Positions 59,380 to 64,000 of a stretch of 64,000 nucleotides of DNA are shown here, in pieces. Numbering within the stretch: the stretch's first letter is position 1; each line of letters opens with the position of its first letter. The notes beneath the pieces were generated by a model, which searched no databases, had not been told where the DNA came from, and worked only from the letters and a program-made list of their open reading frames with translations. The translations under genes and the position numbers were made by a program. This DNA is from Candidatus Sumerlaeota bacterium (GTDB lineage Bacteria; Sumerlaeota; Sumerlaeia; MWCT01; JAUWMI01): assembly GCA_030613245.1 (NCBI GenBank), contig JAUWMI010000022.1, forward strand, positions 2,114 to 66,113, written 5' to 3'.

Positions 59380-60156
59380 ATGAAGATTCATCCGACGGCA
59401 ATCGTCAGCCCAAAGGCACAGCTGGATACGACAGTGGAAGTTGGTCCATACGCGATAATTGAGGAGAACATAAAGATCGGAGCGCGAACAACAGTAATGG
59501 CGCATGCTTACATTAGCGGATGGACGGAGATTGGCGAGGATAACCGAATTCACATCGGGGCCGTGATTGGTCATGTTCCGCAATACATTGCGTTCAAAGG
59601 CCAGAGGTCTTATGTCCGGATCGGCAACGGGAATACGATTCGCGAGTATGTGACGATTCACCGGTCAATTGAAGAGGAGCATGCTACGGTGATTGGTGAT
59701 CGGAACTTTCTCATGGCCATGAGCCATGTGGCGCATGACTGCGTATTGGGGAATGAAATAATACTTGCGAACTCAGTGTTGCTCGCCGGCCATGTAGCCA
59801 TTCAGGACAAGGTGATGATTTCAGGCAGTAGTGGGGTGCATCAGTATGTGCGGGTAGGAAGGATTGCCATGGTTTCCGGCCTGACGCGCGTGGTCAAAGA
59901 CGTTCCACCGTTCATGATAGTCGAGGGCGAATCCACGGTGCGCGGGTTGAATGTTATCGGGATGCGGCGTGCGAATATCTCCGCAGAGAATCGCGAGGCC
60001 GTGAAGCGCGCATATCGGCTTCTCTACCGGAGCGGCCTAAACTTACCGCATGCGCTGGAGGCCATTCAGGCGGAACCCATATGTGAGGAAGTCCGGCTGA
60101 TTGTCGAGTTCATACAGCAGTCGCAGCGGGGGATTTGCAAGCACTACGTGAAATAA
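59380..60156 (+). CDS. lpxA: UDP-N-acetylglucosamine O-acyltransferase
   Basis: IHPTAIV hexapeptide repeats, IREYVTIHR, HVAHDC, LAGHV, HQYVRVG, KDVPPF, GLNVIGMRR; start ATG 59380. Confidence 0.88.
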   Translation: MKIHPTAIVSPKAQLDTTVEVGPYAIIEENIKIGARTTVMAHAYISGWTEIGEDNRIHIGAVIGHVPQYIAFKGQRSYVRIGNGNTIREYVTIHRSIEEEHATVIGDRNFLMAMSHVAHDCVLGNEIILANSVLLAGHVAIQDKVMISGSSGVHQYVRVGRIAMVSGLTRVVKDVPPFMIVEGESTVRGLNVIGMRRANISAENREAVKRAYRLLYRSGLNLPHALEAIQAEPICEEVRLIVEFIQQSQRGICKHYVK

Positions 60157-60258
60157 CTGGACTTTAGAGCTTTTTCCAAGTGACTTGAGTGCGGTGAGGC
60201 TTTAATGGCGCTATATAAAGGGCATTAAGATACACGAATTTTGAACGATACCTTTATT

Positions 60259-60571
60259 GTAGGCCGCCTTGAGGCGGTCTCTACTTTGCACCCACCTTTC
60301 AAGGTGAACCTTCAGGTGGGGTGAAAGTGAAAGTTGGCTAAATAAGAACCACCAGGGTGGTTCACCCTGAAGGGTTCACTCTGAAGGGCGCTTTAGCGTC
60401 GCTTATCCACCCGCGGCTTTAGCCATTGAAATCTGAGCACTGAGAGCATATTCCAAAATTGTCATGCTGAACGGAATGAAGCATGTCCAGACGGCGAGAT
60501 ACTGAGCGAAACCGCAGTAGGCGGAGAGCGAAGAATCTTAATAATGAGATCCTTCACTTCGTTCAGGATGA
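60259..60571. repeat. Cluster of palindromic REP-like elements
   Basis: GTAGGCCGCCTTGAGGCGGTCTCTAC; GAACCACCAGGGTGGTTC; CCCGCGGCTTTAGCC; GTCATGCTGAACG...CTTCGTTCAGGATGAC. Confidence 0.65.
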
Positions 60572-60680
60572 CGGGTCAGAAACTCTCCGACCCGTCAAAT
60601 AAATGGGCAGCCAGGCAAAGCACGTTAGACCTTAGCACTGCAAGACCGGCAGATTCCGGCTGAAAGCCTAGTTCGAGGAC

Positions 60681-61673
60681 GTGCCCTTTTTCGATCCTGA
60701 CATGGAAGAAACTGAACAGACGCCGCTTGTTTCCGTCATTATAGTGAATTGGAATACGTATGCAGAGCTTCGACTGTGTCTTGAGGCCTTGCGCGGCCAG
60801 CAGGTAATTCCGCTTGAGATTATCGTGGTGGATAATAACTCTTCGAATGGTAGTGCCCGGAACTTGCCACATGAGTTTCCATCCGTCCGCTTGATTGCTA
60901 ATCGAGAGAATCTCGGCTTCGCAGAGGGATGCAATCAGGGCTTGAGCATTAGCCAGGGGCACTACATGCTCTTGCTTAACCCAGATACAGTTCCGAATCC
61001 CGATGCAATCAAGGCAATGGTTCGGTTCCTTGAGACGAATCAATCGGCTGGAGCTGTGGGGTGTCAACTCGTTTTGCCTGATGGCACGCCGCAGATTACC
61101 TATAGCGCGTTCCCGAATTTCTGGACCTACCTGGTGCTGCATTCGCTGGTGAGTCCGATGATAAGGAAAGTGCGAAGAATCGCACGTGTGGTACGCCAGC
61201 GGCTTGGCATTCGTGAACGCATGGCTGGGCCAAAGCGAGTTGGCTGGCTGATGGGGGCCTGCCTGATGGTACGGCGGCAGGTGGTTGATCAGGTAGGCTT
61301 GATGGACAGTGAGTTCTTCATGTATTGTGAAGATACGGATTGGTGCAAGCGCATGCACGACCACGGATGGCAGATTTTCTATCTTCCGTCGGCTTCGATT
61401 GTGCACTTGCATCAGCGCAGTAGCCGACAGCGGAAGTTTGCCACACTTGTCCAGCTCTATACATCGCTCCGCAGATACTATCTGAAGCAGAAGTCTGGTA
61501 ATGCTTTGCGAGGACTGACAGTGCTTGTGACCGTTGATATGATATCCCGTCTTGTGTTGTTAACACTCGCGAGAGTGGTCACGTTTGACCAGAGCGATGT
61601 GAATCGAGAGCGGCATCGCGCTGTGCGGGAAATCCTCCGGCGGTACTGGCTTCCACGGAGCTCAGAACCATGA
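60681..61673 (+). CDS. GT2 glycosyltransferase (WbbL/RfbF-like)
   Basis: VIIVNWN, NLGFAEGCNQG, LLNPDT, GACLMV, FMYCEDTDWC. Confidence 0.9.
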   Translation: MPFFDPDMEETEQTPLVSVIIVNWNTYAELRLCLEALRGQQVIPLEIIVVDNNSSNGSARNLPHEFPSVRLIANRENLGFAEGCNQGLSISQGHYMLLLNPDTVPNPDAIKAMVRFLETNQSAGAVGCQLVLPDGTPQITYSAFPNFWTYLVLHSLVSPMIRKVRRIARVVRQRLGIRERMAGPKRVGWLMGACLMVRRQVVDQVGLMDSEFFMYCEDTDWCKRMHDHGWQIFYLPSASIVHLHQRSSRQRKFATLVQLYTSLRRYYLKQKSGNALRGLTVLVTVDMISRLVLLTLARVVTFDQSDVNRERHRAVREILRRYWLPRSSEP

Positions 61674-62806
61674 AGATCGCACTGAATGCGCTTCAGGTAC
61701 GGGGTGCAAAAAGCGGAGTCGGCCAGCACATCGCCTGCCTCCTTGAGGCGCTACTGGAAATTGATTCGACCAATTCGTATTTGGTCTTTGCCAGCCACTA
61801 TAATTATTTTAACTACCAATTCTCCTCGCCACGCTATCAGCTCGAAATCTGGGGCAGCCGATCAAAAAGCAAGACAGTGCGGCTGCTCTATGAATATGCT
61901 TTTCTACCATGTGCGGTGAGGAAGAGTAAGGTGGATCTTTTTCACGGCCCGTCCAATCTGCTTCCCTTACGCAAAGTGGCGCCGTATGTTCTTACCATTC
62001 ACGATATGTCCTATTTTGTAGATCCAAAGCGTTATACGCGGACCAAAGTCATGTACTGGCACGCCGTGACGTATCGCAGTGCTAGACTGGCAGATTTCAT
62101 CATAACCGTCTCGGCGTATTCGAAGCAGGACATTTTGAAATATCTCGACTATCCTTCAGACAGAATTCGGGTGATCCCAAATGCGGCGCACCGGCGGTTT
62201 CGCCCAATTCGCGATCGGGTAGCGCTGGAGGAATTTCGAAACCGGTACCGGGTAACGCATCCGTATATCTTGAGTGTGGGTACGTTGGAGCCGGGCAAAA
62301 ATCTTGTCCGTGTGGTACGTGCATTTGCCCGGCTGCGCAGGGAAGGAGCTGGCGACTATCACCTGTTGCTCGTTGGCGATATAGGGTGGCTCTACCACGA
62401 AATTTTTGCTGAGGTACGGCGGCTTGGGTTGAAGGAGCAGGTACGCGCGCTAGGACATATCCCGGATGACGACCTCCCGCTGGCTTATAATTGTGCTGAG
62501 CTTCTTGTGTTTCCGTCGCTGAACGAAGGATTTGGCTTGCCGGTGCTGGAGGCCATGGCTTGTGGGGTGCCGGTGGTCACGTCAAATTGCTCGGCACTTC
62601 CTGAGGTTGCTGGTGATGCGGCCTGTCTGGTTGATCCCTACGACGAAGCAGCCATTGCCAGAGGTATGGAAAGTGTGCTTGGCGATGTGTCCAAACGCGA
62701 GGATCTGGTACAGAGAGGGCTAAAGCGGAGTACGGTGTTCAGCTGGAAGCGCACAGCTCGGGAAACTCTGGAAGTATATGAAGCAATTGCTCAAGAATGC
62801 CCATAG
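61670..62806 (+). CDS. GT4 glycosyltransferase (MtfB-like)
   Basis: SGVGQ, TIHD, GTLEPGKN, EGFGLPVLEAM. Confidence 0.92.
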   Translation: MKIALNALQVRGAKSGVGQHIACLLEALLEIDSTNSYLVFASHYNYFNYQFSSPRYQLEIWGSRSKSKTVRLLYEYAFLPCAVRKSKVDLFHGPSNLLPLRKVAPYVLTIHDMSYFVDPKRYTRTKVMYWHAVTYRSARLADFIITVSAYSKQDILKYLDYPSDRIRVIPNAAHRRFRPIRDRVALEEFRNRYRVTHPYILSVGTLEPGKNLVRVVRAFARLRREGAGDYHLLLVGDIGWLYHEIFAEVRRLGLKEQVRALGHIPDDDLPLAYNCAELLVFPSLNEGFGLPVLEAMACGVPVVTSNCSALPEVAGDAACLVDPYDEAAIARGMESVLGDVSKREDLVQRGLKRSTVFSWKRTARETLEVYEAIAQECP

Positions 62807-63086
62807 AATACAACGAAAACCTGTTTTTTTTGGTGAGTTCAGAAACCGGTAAAGTAGGCTCCGCAGCTGAAATAGTCAGTGGACGGGGTGCAAGAGCTGA
62901 TTTGTTCTGGGATCTGTTAGCAAGACTTTTTTTAAAAAATTAATTATCTTGACAGCTAGTTTGCATTAGCCAAAAGTTAATTTTTAGAAGGTGTAAAGAA
63001 GTTAGCTGTAAAAGCAAAACCATAAAATTAGCTTTAGAAATTGCGGACGTTCAGTACGTTAAGATCCATCCGAGACGTAGGCTAGA

Positions 63087-64000
63087 ATGAAAATTCACGA
63101 GTATCAGGCCAAAGCAATTCTCAAGTCATTCGGTGCACCGGTGCCCGATGGCCAGGTGGCAACGTCGGCGCGAGATGTGCGGAAGATCGCCGAGCGCATC
63201 GGCTTCCCTGCGGTTGTAAAGGCGCAAGTGCATGTGGGTGGTCGTGGCAAAGCGGGTGGCGTGAAATTGGCTAACAAGCTGGCTGAGCTTGAGGCAGCTG
63301 CCGATTCTATTCTTGGCATGTTGATCAAAGGAACAAAAGTCCACAAAATCCTGATTGAAACGGCAGCTAATATTGATCATGAGTACTACATTGGAATCGT
63401 CATTGATCGGGCCAGGAAAAATCCAGTTATGATGGTCAGTGCCGCAGGTGGCGTGGATATTGAAGAAGTTGCGGCCAAAACGCCGGAAAAGATTTTGAAA
63501 ATCTACATCAAGCGCCATCTCGGTATCCTGTCATTTCAAGTTCGCCAGGCGACATACTTCCTCGATCTGCCGCGCGGTACTGCAAAGTCATTTTCGCTTA
63601 TTACACAGGCCCTTTACGGCGCGTTTATGGCGAAGGACTGTTCACTGGCAGAGATAAATCCATTGGTGCTGACCAAAGATGGCGAGATGATGTGTTGCGA
63701 TGCAAAAATGAACTTCGATGATAACGCACTCTGGCGCCATCCTGACATCGAGGCCATGCGCGACGAAGAAGAAGAGGAGCCTCTGGAAACAGCTGCAAGA
63801 AAGAAGCGAGTGAGCTATGTGAAGCTTAATGGAAATATTGGCTGCATCGTGAATGGTGCAGGCCTGGCCATGACCACCATGGATATGGTGAAGCACTTTG
63901 GGGGCGAGCCAGCGAATTTCCTCGACATTGGCGGCGGCGCCAAGGCCGAGCAGGTGACCGAGGCGTTACGCATCGTTACCTCTGACCCAAATGTCAAAAC
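63087..64000 (+). CDS. sucC: Succinyl-CoA ligase beta subunit (3' end outside window)
   Basis: Manual translation: [49 protein letters not shown]. Confidence 0.96.
   Translation, partial: MKIHEYQAKAILKSFGAPVPDGQVATSARDVRKIAERIGFPAVVKAQVHVGGRGKAGGVKLANKLAELEAAADSILGMLIKGTKVHKILIETAANIDHEYYIGIVIDRARKNPVMMVSAAGGVDIEEVAAKTPEKILKIYIKRHLGILSFQVRQATYFLDLPRGTAKSFSLITQALYGAFMAKDCSLAEINPLVLTKDGEMMCCDAKMNFDDNALWRHPDIEAMRDEEEEEPLETAARKKRVSYVKLNGNIGCIVNGAGLAMTTMDMVKHFGGEPANFLDIGGGAKAEQVTEALRIVTSDPNVK

Overview
Bacterial chromosomal window, mostly housekeeping genes: rpoD (cut by the window edge), dnaG, hisF, hisA, topA, dprA, hslV, pilB, pilC, proA, proB, obgE, rpmA, rplU, aspS, hisS, cimA, nrdR, trxA, lpxA and sucC (cut by the window edge). 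There are three surface-glycan gene clusters, three intact tRNA genes (Glu-TTC, Lys-TTT, Ser-GGA) and many REP/MITE-like palindromes. The standout region is about 11.5-17.1 kb. An ancestral tRNA-Lys/tRNA-Glu pair has been split by two small tandem islands with no intact integrase, delimited by three copies of the tRNA-Lys 3' half. The islands contain a frameshifted C-terminal remnant of an integron integrase oriented the same way as the cassettes, attI-like GTT core sites in front of most genes, one perfect attC, a half attC and an attC-like hairpin. Cargo is a RusA-like nuclease, a PD-(D/E)XK nuclease, a PLP enzyme, a DUF5677-like protein and a trypsin-like protease. Other oddities are an archaeal/eukaryotic-type MtaB, G37 in two tRNAs, a trio of paralogous Zn-ribbon membrane proteins, a secreted hydrolase with a terminal W-x-L-Y motif next to a CPBP protease, and hslV without hslU. 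The lineage is guessed (inference only) to be a candidate-phylum diderm such as Sumerlaeota/BRC1. All calls are by eye from motifs; no database searches were run.
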